Shown here: in pieces, positions 17,538 through 28,236 of the stretch
Layout: each line of letters begins with the position of its first letter
How positions within the stretch are numbered: position 1 is the stretch's first letter
Assembly: GCA_937138345.1 (NCBI GenBank)
Contig: CAKZOW010000029.1
Span: 1-59,172, forward strand
Source: an uncultured archaeon
GTDB taxonomy: Archaea > Nanobdellota > Nanobdellia > Woesearchaeales > UBA583
DNA: 59,172 nucleotides
Direction of reading: 5' to 3'
Made by a program: the position numbers and the translations under genes
Notes under the pieces: generated by a model
Seen by the model: only the letters and a program-made list of their open reading frames with translations
The model's database searches: none
Told to the model about the DNA's origin: nothing

Positions 17538-18902
17538 TTATATGATTAAATAGGCCATAAGAATTCCGATAGTAATAGGAATACTCATCATTGGAAATAA
17601 GGAAGATGTTGACTCAGAAACAGGGCTCGTTATTGGATTCTCTTCAATTTCCTCAATTAAATAATTTAATGTAGGATAACTAGATCCCGAAAATGTCCAA
17701 ATAGTATTATTATTCCAATTTCCATTATATAATGCATTTGAGTAATTAAAAAAAAAATTTTCATCAGTTATTGCAGTTACACTTTGAGCTTCAACATCAA
17801 ATCCTATTGCAATGTCAGGGTTTCCAGTTGTATTTAGATAGTAAGAGTTAGAAATTTCTCCATCAAGATCATTGAGACCAACTAAACCTCCACCTTCACT
17901 TACAAGTACTGTTACGTTTCCAGTAGAGTATGAGTTTCTGATATCTCCGTAATTAATGTTGTATCCCACTAAACCTCCTACATTAATATCTCCAGTTACT
18001 GAAGAATTACTCCACGAGTTAGATACTCTTAATTGATTACTTTCTCCCACTAAACCTCCTACATTATTTCTTCCAGAAACACTACCGGAACTTGCAGAAT
18101 TATCTATTTCGTTTGTAGTTGCACCACTTTTTCCAAGTAATCCTCCAACTTCATCTCTTCCTGTTACAGTTCCACTAAAATATGCATTATCAACTATTAA
18201 ATATGCTCCGTATCCAAATCCTCCTCCAGTTCCACCAAAAGTGCTACCTTCAACATTACCATAAATACTTGTATTGATAGTATCTACAAATCGTGAATAA
18301 CCAATGAGGCCACCTACAAACTCAGTCCCACTAATATTAACTACATTATTGTATGAATTTTCAACCAATACAATATATGCTTCACCAATGAGGCCACCTA
18401 CTCTTCTATCACCAATAACTGTAGCACTTACATTTACATTATTGACGTTCACTACATCACTGTATCCAATTAATGCACCAATATAATTATTTGAAGGCAC
18501 ATTGATATAGGCATCTTTTATAATTAAATTTTCAATAGTTCCTGATTCAGCAGAACCAAAAAGACCCCATGCAGAATTAGGGCTTGTAGTATTTGTTATG
18601 TTTAAATTATCAATTGTAAAATTATTTCCATTAAATGTACCAAAAAAAGGATTTCTATTTGCACCATTACAGTTTGCAGTACAATTACCTACAGGAATAA
18701 AATTTATTCCACTACAGTCAATTGATTCTTCTAATTGGTAATGAGCATTGAGATTGGAACTCATATTTTGCAACTCTACACAATTAGAGATATTATAGGG
18801 ATTTCCGGGAGTACCATCCCCACCAGAAAATGATTGAATTGGATAGAGTAATGAGATGATTAAAAAAAGTAATAATGATGTTTTATAATGCATATAATTC
18901 AT
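17538..18902 (-). CDS. secreted GLUG-motif repeat protein with C-terminal FP + hydrophobic anchor
   Basis: Has the same head motif (GGDGTPGNPYNISNCVELQNMSSNLNAHYQLEESIDC) and VGGLIG/VGGLVG repeats. The tail is SSLFPMMSIPITIGILMAYLII*. Confidence 0.7.
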   Translation of the reverse strand: MNYMHYKTSLLLFLIISLLYPIQSFSGGDGTPGNPYNISNCVELQNMSSNLNAHYQLEESIDCSGINFIPVGNCTANCNGANRNPFFGTFNGNNFTIDNLNITNTTSPNSAWGLFGSAESGTIENLIIKDAYINVPSNNYIGALIGYSDVVNVNNVNVSATVIGDRRVGGLIGEAYIVLVENSYNNVVNISGTEFVGGLIGYSRFVDTINTSIYGNVEGSTFGGTGGGFGYGAYLIVDNAYFSGTVTGRDEVGGLLGKSGATTNEIDNSASSGSVSGRNNVGGLVGESNQLRVSNSWSNSSVTGDINVGGLVGYNINYGDIRNSYSTGNVTVLVSEGGGLVGLNDLDGEISNSYYLNTTGNPDIAIGFDVEAQSVTAITDENFFFNYSNALYNGNWNNNTIWTFSGSSYPTLNYLIEEIEENPITSPVSESTSSLFPMMSIPITIGILMAYLII

Positions 18903-18958
18903 AAAAAAAATAGTTTATCATTTCTTATAAATATTTATTGTTTCAATAAGTAATAGCG

Positions 18959-20293
18959 CTACTTAGATAATAGTGTATCTATAAATTCTTTATCATATTT
19001 ATATGCTCGATAAATTTCTAATTCTGTAGGGTGAGCATCAGATCTATTTTCAAAGAGTGTTGGTTTTAAATATTCCCAAATTATTTCTCCTTGATTGTTG
19101 ATTTCAAATACTCTACCTTCTTCAGATTCTGTGATAAATAAGTTTCCATTTTCAAGTGGTTGTGCATACCCTTGAGACCCTGTAAAAAAGTCATCTGCTT
19201 CATAGAGAGTTTCAATACTTAAATCTACGGTATTTATTTCTATAATTCTTGATTTTTCTCTATATCTTCCATTATCAAATACTACAATATTTCCCTCTGA
19301 GTTCATTTTAGGTGCATGTTGTCCTTCTAAATTATCTTCGATTTGATCATAGATTGCCATCCATAAAATTTCTTTGGTATTTTTATCTAGGATGAAAATC
19401 ATTGATCCATGTCTAAATGATATAATAAGATTTCCAGGGTTGAATGCTGGATGAAATCCTTCCATTGAGTTATTAGGTACTTCACTAATTGAATTTAAAT
19501 GGTAGTAATCATAGTATCCTCCCCAAATAGATTTATTTTCTTTTTTGTGATTTTCAGGTAATAGTACATCAATAGGATTATCTAATTCTAACTTTCTGTG
19601 CCATTGTTGAAAGTCTTCTAAATGTTCATAAATTGAGTAATAATCTACAAGAGTTCCATTTTTGTGAACTTTTAATATCGTATCAAATTCAACTTCACGC
19701 CCTTTATAGATATGTACTTCTTTTCCTGTTGTTAGGATATGTTCTTTATCTTGTGTTTCATAGATTTCATGATGAATCTTATCTGGTCTAGTCCAAATTG
19801 GAGTTCCATTAAAGTGAAATTTTCCCCAGTACTCTGATTCATAATGTTCTTGAGCATAATAGTAACCTTGGGAGTCAATGAGTGATAAATAAGAGAAGTT
19901 CCATGTTTTTATCTCTTTCCCATTTTGATTGTAGAGTCCACCATGATAGAGGAAGTAAAATTCTTCATCTTGATTTGTAAACACACCTTCTCTATTATCA
20001 ATTACAAGTCCTCCTTCTTTTTCTTGGGGGATTAAGAAATATATTAATAACACAATACTTAGAATTATGATTCCAATTGATTTTAATTTGTGTTCTCTCC
20101 AAGATGTTTTAATAAAATTAGTCAGAGTATGTCTAAAGAATCTAATTGTTACTCCAATAATTAACGCAAAAAAAGCCACAAGTGATGACCAAAGAGATGA
20201 GAGTAGATAACCTCCAGTCCCAGGATCGATGTAAGAATATCCATGTTGTAATGAAAGTAATAATACTATACTAAAGAGTTTATTTTTATACAT
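18959..20293 (-). CDS. membrane-anchored aryl-sulfotransferase (ASST)-like protein
   Basis: N-terminal TM helices carry a YIDPGTGG motif. The C-terminal ~330 aa is homologous to 16463-17536. Confidence 0.6.
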   Translation of the reverse strand: MYKNKLFSIVLLLSLQHGYSYIDPGTGGYLLSSLWSSLVAFFALIIGVTIRFFRHTLTNFIKTSWREHKLKSIGIIILSIVLLIYFLIPQEKEGGLVIDNREGVFTNQDEEFYFLYHGGLYNQNGKEIKTWNFSYLSLIDSQGYYYAQEHYESEYWGKFHFNGTPIWTRPDKIHHEIYETQDKEHILTTGKEVHIYKGREVEFDTILKVHKNGTLVDYYSIYEHLEDFQQWHRKLELDNPIDVLLPENHKKENKSIWGGYYDYYHLNSISEVPNNSMEGFHPAFNPGNLIISFRHGSMIFILDKNTKEILWMAIYDQIEDNLEGQHAPKMNSEGNIVVFDNGRYREKSRIIEINTVDLSIETLYEADDFFTGSQGYAQPLENGNLFITESEEGRVFEINNQGEIIWEYLKPTLFENRSDAHPTELEIYRAYKYDKEFIDTLLSK

Positions 20294-20384
20294 AATTATC
20301 TATCTATTCATTTTTTTATATAGTTTATCAATTCACTTTAATGTAACAGCCAATTAATATAAGGTTTATTCGTATTATAATATT

Positions 20385-22577
20385 ATGATTAATATTTTTA
20401 GAACAAAAATAGCAAATATCTTATTGGTTTTATTGCTATGTTGTTTATCATCAGGATATTCCTTTCAAGGAGGAAATGGTTCTAGTAGTAATCCTTATCA
20501 AATTTCAAATTGTGTAGAATTACAAAATATGAGTTCAGATTTAACTGCAAGCTATGAATTAGTTCAAGATATAGATTGTGCGGAAATAAATTTTGTTCCA
20601 ATTGGGAATGTTTTTCCAAATAATTTTAGAGGAGACTTTAATGGAAATTATTTTACAATTTACGATTTTTATATAGATAACATCAGTTTAAATTATACAG
20701 GTCTTTTTGGAGTTACAAATTTAGCAACAATTGGTAATGTTTCATTTTATAATGTAAGTATTAATGGAGATTCAAATGTTGGAGTATTGGGAGGAGTCTT
20801 TTATTCTACTAGTTTATCCAATGTAGATGTGCTTTTAGGAGATGTTTTTGGAAATGATAATGTGGGAGCTTTAGTTGGAAATTTACAATATTACTCAAGA
20901 ATTGAGAACTCTTTTTCTTTTGCTGACGTATCAGGGAATGATAATATTGGTGGGCTTGTAGGATTGGGAGATGTATCTTCAATATTTGAGAGTTATTCTG
21001 AAGCAGAGGTCGTAGGAGATTCTAATGTTGGAGGTTTGATGGGGAATATGTCTCATGCTAGAGTATATGATTCTTATTCAAGGTCTCAGGTTACTGGAGA
21101 TTCTAATGTAGGTGGTTTAATTGGAATTTCTGGAGAAACAGGAGATATTACTATTATTGGTAAGAGTAACACTATTGAGAATTCCTTTACATTATCTTAT
21201 GTACAAGGTTCTTCAAATGTAGGTTCAGTTGTTGGAACAATTGTTGAACCTATTATTATTGTAGATACTTACTGGAATAATGTATCGGGTAATCCTTCTA
21301 GTGCTATTGGTGATGGAAATTCAAGTTCTTTTGTACCAATTTCTGACAATTTATTTTATTTTACTAACCAATCAAATATTCCACTTTCTTCATTAAATCT
21401 ATCTAGTTGGAATTTTTACTTAGATTCCTTGCCAAGACTTGAGAGAGAAACTCCAAGTACTGTATCTCATTTCTTTTTTCAAGGAGGAGTAGGTACCGGT
21501 GTTACTCCATATGAGATATCGACTTGTTTAGAGCTACAGAATATGAGAAATTATTATAATGCTAATTATATTTTAACTTCTGATATTGATTGCTTAGTTG
21601 AACCTTTTGGAACCTATGGCTTTGAGTCAATTAGGTATATGGAAGGAGATTTTCAAGGAACTCTTAGAGGTGATGATTATACAGTATCAGATTTTAAAAT
21701 TTTTCAAAGAAATAGTGATAATGTGGGTCTTTTTTCTAGAATGGATTCTGCTACAATTTCTGAAATTTATTTTTCTGATGCTCAAATTTATGGTAATAAT
21801 TTTGTTGGTATTATCTCAGGATATCAACAATACAGTGATATTGAAAATGTTGGTTTGACTGGGGTTCTTAATGGAAATGATTTTGTGGGAACACTATTTG
21901 GGGGTTCTTATTCTGGTTTTGTTGACAATGCATTTGCACATGTTGACATTGATGCTAGAGATCAAGTAGGAGCTTTAGCAGGAAGTTTTTATGGAGAATC
22001 AGGAGAAATTTCAAATTCATACTCATTGGGTGATATATCTGGAAGAAATAATGTAGGTGGTTTAGTAGGTCAAGTTGAATATACTATAATTTCTAATTCA
22101 TATTCAAATACTTCAGTTTTAGGAAATGATAATATTGGAGGGCTTGTAGGTTATTTAAGCTATATTGTAGATCAAGGGAGAATAGATAATTCTTTTTCAA
22201 TTGGGAATGTTAGTGGGACTTCTAATGTAGGAGGTTTAGTAGGATTTTACGACCCTTCTTCTTTAGTTTCCAATTCATATTGGTATAATTCTTCAAGTAA
22301 TCCTTCAATTGGTGCAGGGAATGGATATGTTGTTGGAATAACAGCAATTAATACAGTTGAGCATTTCACCAATTCTTCAAATCAACCTCTGAGTGGATGG
22401 GATGTTGGTACCTGGGATTTTCAGCAAGATTCTCTTCCAGGACTAGGTGTTGATACTGTAGTTTTTTCACTAGGTGAGACTTCATTTACTCCAGTAGTCA
22501 CCTCTACAGCATCATTGTTTCCAGTTTCAGGTTTAGGTATTGTTTTGTTTACAGTATTGTATTTTTTTATGAGTTAA
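20385..22577 (+). CDS. secreted tandem (two-module) GLUG-motif protein with C-terminal FP + hydrophobic anchor
   Basis: The head motif occurs twice (GGNGSSSNPYQISNCVELQN..., GGVGTGVTPYEISTCLELQN...). There are many VGGL(V/I/M)G repeats. The tail is SLFPVSGLGIVLFTVLYFFMS*. Confidence 0.7.
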   Translation: MINIFRTKIANILLVLLLCCLSSGYSFQGGNGSSSNPYQISNCVELQNMSSDLTASYELVQDIDCAEINFVPIGNVFPNNFRGDFNGNYFTIYDFYIDNISLNYTGLFGVTNLATIGNVSFYNVSINGDSNVGVLGGVFYSTSLSNVDVLLGDVFGNDNVGALVGNLQYYSRIENSFSFADVSGNDNIGGLVGLGDVSSIFESYSEAEVVGDSNVGGLMGNMSHARVYDSYSRSQVTGDSNVGGLIGISGETGDITIIGKSNTIENSFTLSYVQGSSNVGSVVGTIVEPIIIVDTYWNNVSGNPSSAIGDGNSSSFVPISDNLFYFTNQSNIPLSSLNLSSWNFYLDSLPRLERETPSTVSHFFFQGGVGTGVTPYEISTCLELQNMRNYYNANYILTSDIDCLVEPFGTYGFESIRYMEGDFQGTLRGDDYTVSDFKIFQRNSDNVGLFSRMDSATISEIYFSDAQIYGNNFVGIISGYQQYSDIENVGLTGVLNGNDFVGTLFGGSYSGFVDNAFAHVDIDARDQVGALAGSFYGESGEISNSYSLGDISGRNNVGGLVGQVEYTIISNSYSNTSVLGNDNIGGLVGYLSYIVDQGRIDNSFSIGNVSGTSNVGGLVGFYDPSSLVSNSYWYNSSSNPSIGAGNGYVVGITAINTVEHFTNSSNQPLSGWDVGTWDFQQDSLPGLGVDTVVFSLGETSFTPVVTSTASLFPVSGLGIVLFTVLYFFMS

Positions 22578-22593
22578 TAATATTTAAAAACTC
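22511..22593 (+). repeat. 83-bp perfect direct repeat, copy 1 (C-terminal anchor + stop + 16 bp)
   Basis: Identical base for base to 24174-24256. Confidence 0.95.
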
Positions 22594-22611
22594 ATTTTTT
22601 ATTTTTTATTT

Positions 22612-24240
22612 ATGTTAAAAGGTACAGTTATATGGATTATATTTTTTGTACTACAACCAACACTATTTTCAATCTATTTAACAGACTTAGATTTATCTTT
22701 GAGTGGAAACTTTTCACCAGGAAATGTAATCAATTTCACCCTTAATTATTCTAAAGAAGTTCCCTATTCAATAGAAGGAATATCTAATTCACTAGGGCCT
22801 TATCTTTGGCAATCAAATGATTTTGGATCAGATGGTAGAGCAATTAATCATTTTGATTATAATCAGGACGGGAATCAAGAAGCTTTAGTTATTGTTAAAC
22901 AAGGAGGAATAGCTGCATATTTTCAAAATGGTTCACAATTATGGGATTTACCTCTCTTATTTGGATTTCAGGAGGGTGTTGATATAGATATTTCAGATAT
23001 TGATAATGATGGTTTCAAGGATGAAATTGTTGTAGCTAGAGGCTTTAGCTCTTTTTCAAATTCTTGTGGTTCTGGAGATATTATTCATGTAATTGACAGG
23101 GATGGAAGTATTATAGAAGATATCTCTTTTGATCCAGATTTCTGTGGAATAAAAAATGTAAAATTTGCAGATTTAGATGCAGATGGAGTTAAAAATGATA
23201 TTATAGCATATGATACACAAAAAGTGAGGTTTTATAATACTTCAATTGGAAATACTTGGAATTTACAAGGAACATATACATTTTTGAGGCAAGGAGATTA
23301 TAGTAATATTTTTATACATGATTATAATTCTGATGGGTATGATGATTTGTTTTTAAGAAGATCTGAGAATTTAGAAGATAGTTTTTTAATTTTAAATGGA
23401 CAAACAAGATTAGAAAGAATAACTAGATGGCAAAATTCATATGATATTGAGTTATTTGATTATAATAGAGATGGAGATCCCACAGAGTATATATTATCTA
23501 AATATGGTGCAGAGAATGGGGCTTTACAAATATTGGATTCAAATTTCAATCAAATTAGAGATAGTGCAGACTCTTATCAAACATATGATGAAATTGATGT
23601 TTTTGATTATGATAATGATGGCTTTTTAGATGAATTTGTATCAGCTAGAAGAAGTAGTATTACTCAGATAAATATTTTTGATAGAAATTTAAATATCCTT
23701 GGATCTTGGAGTCATCCAAATCCTCATATTGAGATAGTTTCCCTCAAGGCAGTTTATCTATCTAATTCTTCTACCCCTGAAATAGTAGTACATACTAGTG
23801 ATGATTCTATCTATATGTTTGATACAAATTTATCCTTGTTACATGAATTTGACTTCTCTTCAACTAATGAAAATTCTTTTACTCAAAACCCCACCGTCGT
23901 AATTTCAGATATTAATGGGGATACAATTGATGATGTTGCAATTATTTCTCAAAATGGTTTTATAAGAACATTTCAAGATGCATCTTGTAATTTGTTTTTT
24001 AATGGTTCAGTATTTGATTTTTCATGGGATGTGACTTCACAATTATGGCACTTTACTTCTCCTATACTTGATAATGGTATATACAATTATAATATTACTT
24101 GTAATAAGGGAGGCTATGAAACACAAGAAATAATCAATAATGATTTTGTAATATCAACTACTAGCCAACCAAAATCATTGTTTCCAGTTTCAGGTTTAGG
24201 TATTGTTTTGTTTACAGTATTGTATTTTTTTATGAGTTAA
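22612..24240 (+). CDS. secreted FG-GAP/VCBS-repeat (integrin-alpha-like propeller) protein with C-terminal FP + hydrophobic anchor
   Basis: Has repeated D.D.DG..DE/D motifs (DIDNDGFKDE, DLDADGVKND, DYNSDGYDD, DYNRDGDPTE, DYDNDGFLDE, DINGDTIDD). Its tail is the same as in the previous gene. Confidence 0.65.
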   Translation: MLKGTVIWIIFFVLQPTLFSIYLTDLDLSLSGNFSPGNVINFTLNYSKEVPYSIEGISNSLGPYLWQSNDFGSDGRAINHFDYNQDGNQEALVIVKQGGIAAYFQNGSQLWDLPLLFGFQEGVDIDISDIDNDGFKDEIVVARGFSSFSNSCGSGDIIHVIDRDGSIIEDISFDPDFCGIKNVKFADLDADGVKNDIIAYDTQKVRFYNTSIGNTWNLQGTYTFLRQGDYSNIFIHDYNSDGYDDLFLRRSENLEDSFLILNGQTRLERITRWQNSYDIELFDYNRDGDPTEYILSKYGAENGALQILDSNFNQIRDSADSYQTYDEIDVFDYDNDGFLDEFVSARRSSITQINIFDRNLNILGSWSHPNPHIEIVSLKAVYLSNSSTPEIVVHTSDDSIYMFDTNLSLLHEFDFSSTNENSFTQNPTVVISDINGDTIDDVAIISQNGFIRTFQDASCNLFFNGSVFDFSWDVTSQLWHFTSPILDNGIYNYNITCNKGGYETQEIINNDFVISTTSQPKSLFPVSGLGIVLFTVLYFFMS

Positions 24241-24256
24241 TAATATTTAAAAACTC
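24174..24256 (+). repeat. 83-bp perfect direct repeat, copy 2
   Basis: Identical to 22511-22593. Confidence 0.95.
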
Positions 24257-24274
24257 TTATATTCAAAATGAATT

Positions 24275-27200
24275 ATGTATTCAAAAAAAGCAATAATACC
24301 TATTATTTCTTTATCACTCCTATTGGTGTTATTAGTTTTGAGTTTTTTTAGTGTTCAGCAATGGTACCTCTCAACACAGAGTTCTTATTTTTCAGATACC
24401 AAAAATGAAATTTCTACAATTTCAGGGAATTTAGAAATTGAAGCTGTTGTTGAAGATGATGTTTATTTTAAATTTGATTCTAATGTAACAATTAATAGAA
24501 TTACTCTAGATTCTGTTGAATGTATTAGTTCTCCAATTAGTGTTGTAGGAATTGAGTCAATAAATATTTCTGATTGTAAATCTCAAATTTCAAAAAGCTC
24601 TGCTCTACTAAGAGTATTTACCGATAATGAAGTACTTGTGAGGACAATTTTTATTGAGCAAGAAATAGATAATACTATTGAAGAAATAATAGTTAGTTCA
24701 GGAAATATCACAGAAATTTTAAATTTAACTGGAGATATTTTATCCTTTTATAATAATTTTAGTTCTTTAAAAATTAAAGATATCTTAATTAACGGGACCT
24801 CAGTTTTAACATATCCTAGAGAGTATACATATTCTTTAGATATTATTTCTAATTCTGGCAATTATAATAGATATTCATGTAACACACAAGTAATTCCAGA
24901 TGATGATGATGATGGAATTTATACTATTTCAGATTTAGGTTTTGATTTTCCTTTTTTTGATTCTATTTTATCTTCGGGAACTCCCTTTTATGTAGATACT
25001 AATGGAAGAATTTCTACAACTGATTCTAGTTCAATTTTTTCACCATCTAATTCAGATTTTTTAAATGATATGAATATAGCTCACTTTTGGAATGATTTAA
25101 CTTTAGATAGTGGGATGTTTGTTTGCAATAATCAAGGCATTTCTCCAAATAAATATACTGTAGTAAAATTTGATTCTTATTGGTATGGAGGATATGGAGA
25201 TACAGATAATGAAGTTATCTTGTACGAGAATGGAACTATTGAGATGAATTATGGTGGATTAGTAACAGATGAATATACTGGAACTTATGTAGGTTTAAGT
25301 GCAGGTGATAGCTCACAATTTACAAATGAAGTTATAGCTGATGCATCAACTCTTGCTAATACTTCTAGGATCTATACTCTTGAAGAACCTACTTTAATTT
25401 ATAATAACGGTACTTATGAAATTAATCTATCTACTTTAGGGATTTTAGATTTAGAGAATGTTATTCAAAATATTACTTTAGTAACTAATCAATCTAATTA
25501 TAGTAAGCTCCTAGATGTTTCAACTCTTTTTGACTCTTGTAGTTTAGACTCAGTTGAAGTTACTCATTTATCTTCATATAATTTTTTTAATTCTGATAAT
25601 GAAGTGTATCCTTCAGTATGTGAGTCTTTACCGAGAACTTGTTATAATGGATTTTTAGGAGGAGATACTTCATATAATTATTCTAGTTGTACCTTGGATA
25701 TATCATCTACTCCTGCAGCTTCTGAGTTTAGGTCAGTTTGGAATACAAATAATACTGGAATTTCTAACTTATCTCAGATTAAGTTGCCTCTAAGAGAATC
25801 AGGTTCATATAATTTTTTAGTTGATTGGGGAGATGGGACTAATGATACTATTACATCTTGGAATCAAAGTGAAATTTTACATACTTATTTGAGTCCAGGT
25901 ATTTATAATGTTACATTAAAAGGATTAGTAAATGGCTTTGGTTTTGAAATTAATAAAAATTTTTTTGATGATATAAAAGATGATGGAGATAAATTACTTG
26001 ATATTACGCAATGGGGGGACCTTAAATTAGGAAATCAGGGTTGGTATTTTTATGGTGCAGAAAATCTTCAGATTAGTGCTCTAGATATACCTGACTTAAC
26101 TACTACAACTAACTTAAGTGGAATGTTTTTTGGAGCTACTTCTTTTAATTCAAATATTAGTCATTGGAATGTTAGTTCAGTTACAGATACGAATAGAATG
26201 TTTATACGAGCTACTTCATTTAATCAATCTTTAGAAAATTGGGATGTGAGTTCTGTTACAGATATGGAGGGCATGTTTGCATTAGCTAGTTCCTTTAACC
26301 AATCACTTAACAATTGGGATGTTAGTTCAGTTACTGATATGGGAGGGATGTTTTCAGAAGCTACTTCATTTAATCAGCCTTTAAATAACTGGGATGTTAG
26401 TTCAGTTACTAATATGTGGAGTATGTTTTTAAGTGCTAATTCTTTTAACCAGCCTTTAAATAGCTGGGACGTTAGTTCAGTTACTGATATGAGTTATATG
26501 TTTTCTACTTCACTCATTATAGATGGATATCAATTTAACCAGCCATTAAATAATTGGAATGTTAGTAGTGTTGAAAATATGAGAGGTATGTTTCAAGGTG
26601 CTGGTTATTTTAATTCAAATATTAGTATCTGGGATGTGGGTAATGTTGAAAATATGGGGGATATGTTTTCTCGTGCTAGTTCCTTTAATCAACCTATTAA
26701 TAGTTGGAATGTTAGTTCAGTTACTAATATGGAGAGTATGTTTTCACAAGCTAGTTCTTTCAATCAACCAATTAATAGTTGGAATGTTAGTTCAGTTACT
26801 GATATGAAGAGTATGTTTTCTCGTGCTAGTTCCTTTAATCAACCTATTAATAGTTGGGATGTAAGTTCAGTTACTAATATGGGGAGTATGTTTAATGGTG
26901 CAACCTCTTTTAATCAACCTTTAAATAGTTGGAATGTTAGTTCAGTAAGGTCTTTTACATATATGTTTTCAGGAGCTACATCTTTTAATCAACCTTTAGA
27001 TAGTTGGGATGTGAGTAATGTTGAAAATATGTTAAGTATGTTTAGGAGTGCTTCATCATTTAATGGAAATATTTCTTCATGGAATACTTCTTCTGTGACT
27101 AGCATGCAGAATATGTTTTGGGACGCAACTTCATTTAATGGGGATATTTCGGAGTGGGATGTTAGTTCAGTTAGAAGTTTTAAAGAAATGTTTAGAAATG

Positions 27201-27625
27201 CTGATTTTTTTAATCAAAACATTAGTGGATGGAATACATCTTCTGCTACAGATATGAATTCAATGTTTGAAAATACAGCAATATTTGATCAAGATTTGAA
27301 CAATTGGGATGTTAGTTCAGTAACTGATATGGGAGGGATGTTTTATGCAACACCAAATTTCAATGGAAATATTTCATCGTGGGATGTTAGTTCTGTTGTT
27401 TTAATGCATGATATGCTCTCGTCTACAGGTTCTTTTAATCAAGATATTAGCGGATGGAATACATCTTCAGCTATAAATATGAACTTTATGTTTTGGAGTG
27501 CAGATGTTTTTAATCAAAATTTATCTTCTTGGGATGTTGATCAAGTAACTGGATGTGGTAACTTTAATACTGATGGAGTTATGAATACATCTTTTATTCC
27601 AAACTTCACTTCATGTACTCAATAA
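24275..27625 (+). CDS. type-IV-pilin-like (class III signal peptide) giant adhesin with 19 DUF285/BspA-like repeats
   Basis: The N-terminus is MYSKKA|[16 protein letters not shown]. It carries 19 copies of a ~25-aa unit FNQ(P/S)(L/I)N.W(D/N)VSSVT.M..MF..A.S. Confidence 0.75.
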   Translation: MYSKKAIIPIISLSLLLVLLVLSFFSVQQWYLSTQSSYFSDTKNEISTISGNLEIEAVVEDDVYFKFDSNVTINRITLDSVECISSPISVVGIESINISDCKSQISKSSALLRVFTDNEVLVRTIFIEQEIDNTIEEIIVSSGNITEILNLTGDILSFYNNFSSLKIKDILINGTSVLTYPREYTYSLDIISNSGNYNRYSCNTQVIPDDDDDGIYTISDLGFDFPFFDSILSSGTPFYVDTNGRISTTDSSSIFSPSNSDFLNDMNIAHFWNDLTLDSGMFVCNNQGISPNKYTVVKFDSYWYGGYGDTDNEVILYENGTIEMNYGGLVTDEYTGTYVGLSAGDSSQFTNEVIADASTLANTSRIYTLEEPTLIYNNGTYEINLSTLGILDLENVIQNITLVTNQSNYSKLLDVSTLFDSCSLDSVEVTHLSSYNFFNSDNEVYPSVCESLPRTCYNGFLGGDTSYNYSSCTLDISSTPAASEFRSVWNTNNTGISNLSQIKLPLRESGSYNFLVDWGDGTNDTITSWNQSEILHTYLSPGIYNVTLKGLVNGFGFEINKNFFDDIKDDGDKLLDITQWGDLKLGNQGWYFYGAENLQISALDIPDLTTTTNLSGMFFGATSFNSNISHWNVSSVTDTNRMFIRATSFNQSLENWDVSSVTDMEGMFALASSFNQSLNNWDVSSVTDMGGMFSEATSFNQPLNNWDVSSVTNMWSMFLSANSFNQPLNSWDVSSVTDMSYMFSTSLIIDGYQFNQPLNNWNVSSVENMRGMFQGAGYFNSNISIWDVGNVENMGDMFSRASSFNQPINSWNVSSVTNMESMFSQASSFNQPINSWNVSSVTDMKSMFSRASSFNQPINSWDVSSVTNMGSMFNGATSFNQPLNSWNVSSVRSFTYMFSGATSFNQPLDSWDVSNVENMLSMFRSASSFNGNISSWNTSSVTSMQNMFWDATSFNGDISEWDVSSVRSFKEMFRNADFFNQNISGWNTSSATDMNSMFENTAIFDQDLNNWDVSSVTDMGGMFYATPNFNGNISSWDVSSVVLMHDMLSSTGSFNQDISGWNTSSAINMNFMFWSADVFNQNLSSWDVDQVTGCGNFNTDGVMNTSFIPNFTSCTQ

Positions 27626-27670
27626 ACCGAAGTATTTATAAAGGGGCTTGTGTTAATTTATACTAGTCAA

Positions 27671-28039
27671 ATGGCGACAATTAGAAAAACACAAACAACA
27701 AACCAAGTTCTTTTTGATACAATTAGAGAATTAAAAAAATTATCTAATTCAACTGGAGCTAATGTTTACAAAGCAGTTGCAGCTAAATTATCCTCAACTG
27801 CGAGTCAAAGACCAGAAGTTAATCTGGATAGAATTGAGAAATATTCTCAAGATAAAGAAGTAGTAATCGTACCAGGTAAAGTTCTAGGTAATGGGACTTT
27901 AACTAAAAAAGTTACAATTGTTGGTTTCAAAGCATCAGAAACAGCTATTGCTAAAATTGAAAAAGCAGGAGCAACATTTGTAGAAATTAAAGATTACATT
28001 TCAAAAAAACATGATGCTAAGATGAAAATCTTAGGATAA
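27671..28039 (+). CDS. rpl18e: 50S ribosomal protein L18e
   Basis: MATIRKTQTTNQ...VNLDRIEKY....VVIVPGKVLG.G.L.KKV.IV.F..S..A..KIE.AG matches archaeal L18e. The ATG at 27671 lies ~28 nt downstream of TTTATAAA (27636-27643). Confidence 0.85.
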   Translation: MATIRKTQTTNQVLFDTIRELKKLSNSTGANVYKAVAAKLSSTASQRPEVNLDRIEKYSQDKEVVIVPGKVLGNGTLTKKVTIVGFKASETAIAKIEKAGATFVEIKDYISKKHDAKMKILG

Positions 28040-28061
28040 ACATCTTTTATACATATATATT

Positions 28062-28136
28062 AGCGAAGTGGAGCAGCTAGGAGTGCTCGCGGGGCTCATA
28101 ACCCCGAGGTCGTTGGTTCAAATCCAACCTTCGCTA
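28062..28136 (+). tRNA. initiator-type tRNA-Met (CAT)
   Basis: Hand-folded cloverleaf. Acceptor AGCGAAG/CTTCGCT (A1:U72), anticodon stem CGGGG/CCCCG with loop CTCATAA, T arm GTTGG-TTCAAAT-CCAAC, discriminator A. Confidence 0.9.
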
Positions 28137-28164
28137 TTTTTGCAGAGCAAAAATTGCTCTTTTT
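28137..28164 (+). terminator. T-run plus hairpins (TTTTTGC-AGA-GCAAAAA and AGAGCAA-AAA-TTGCTCT followed by TTTT) after tRNA-iMet
   Basis: Inverted repeats read directly from the sequence. The first motif is shared with the tRNA-Leu trailer. Confidence 0.5.
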
Positions 28165-28236
28165 GATTCTCACCAACTTCGTTGTGAATAAAAATCTTTG
28201 ATTTTTATCAGAGCGGATCAGTGATCAGGGTCTTTA

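Noticed and set aside
26080-27560. Periodic ~75-nt DNA repeats considered as a satellite or CRISPR-like array
   Set aside because: They are in frame and encode the 25-aa DUF285/BspA-like protein repeat. There are no unique spacers.
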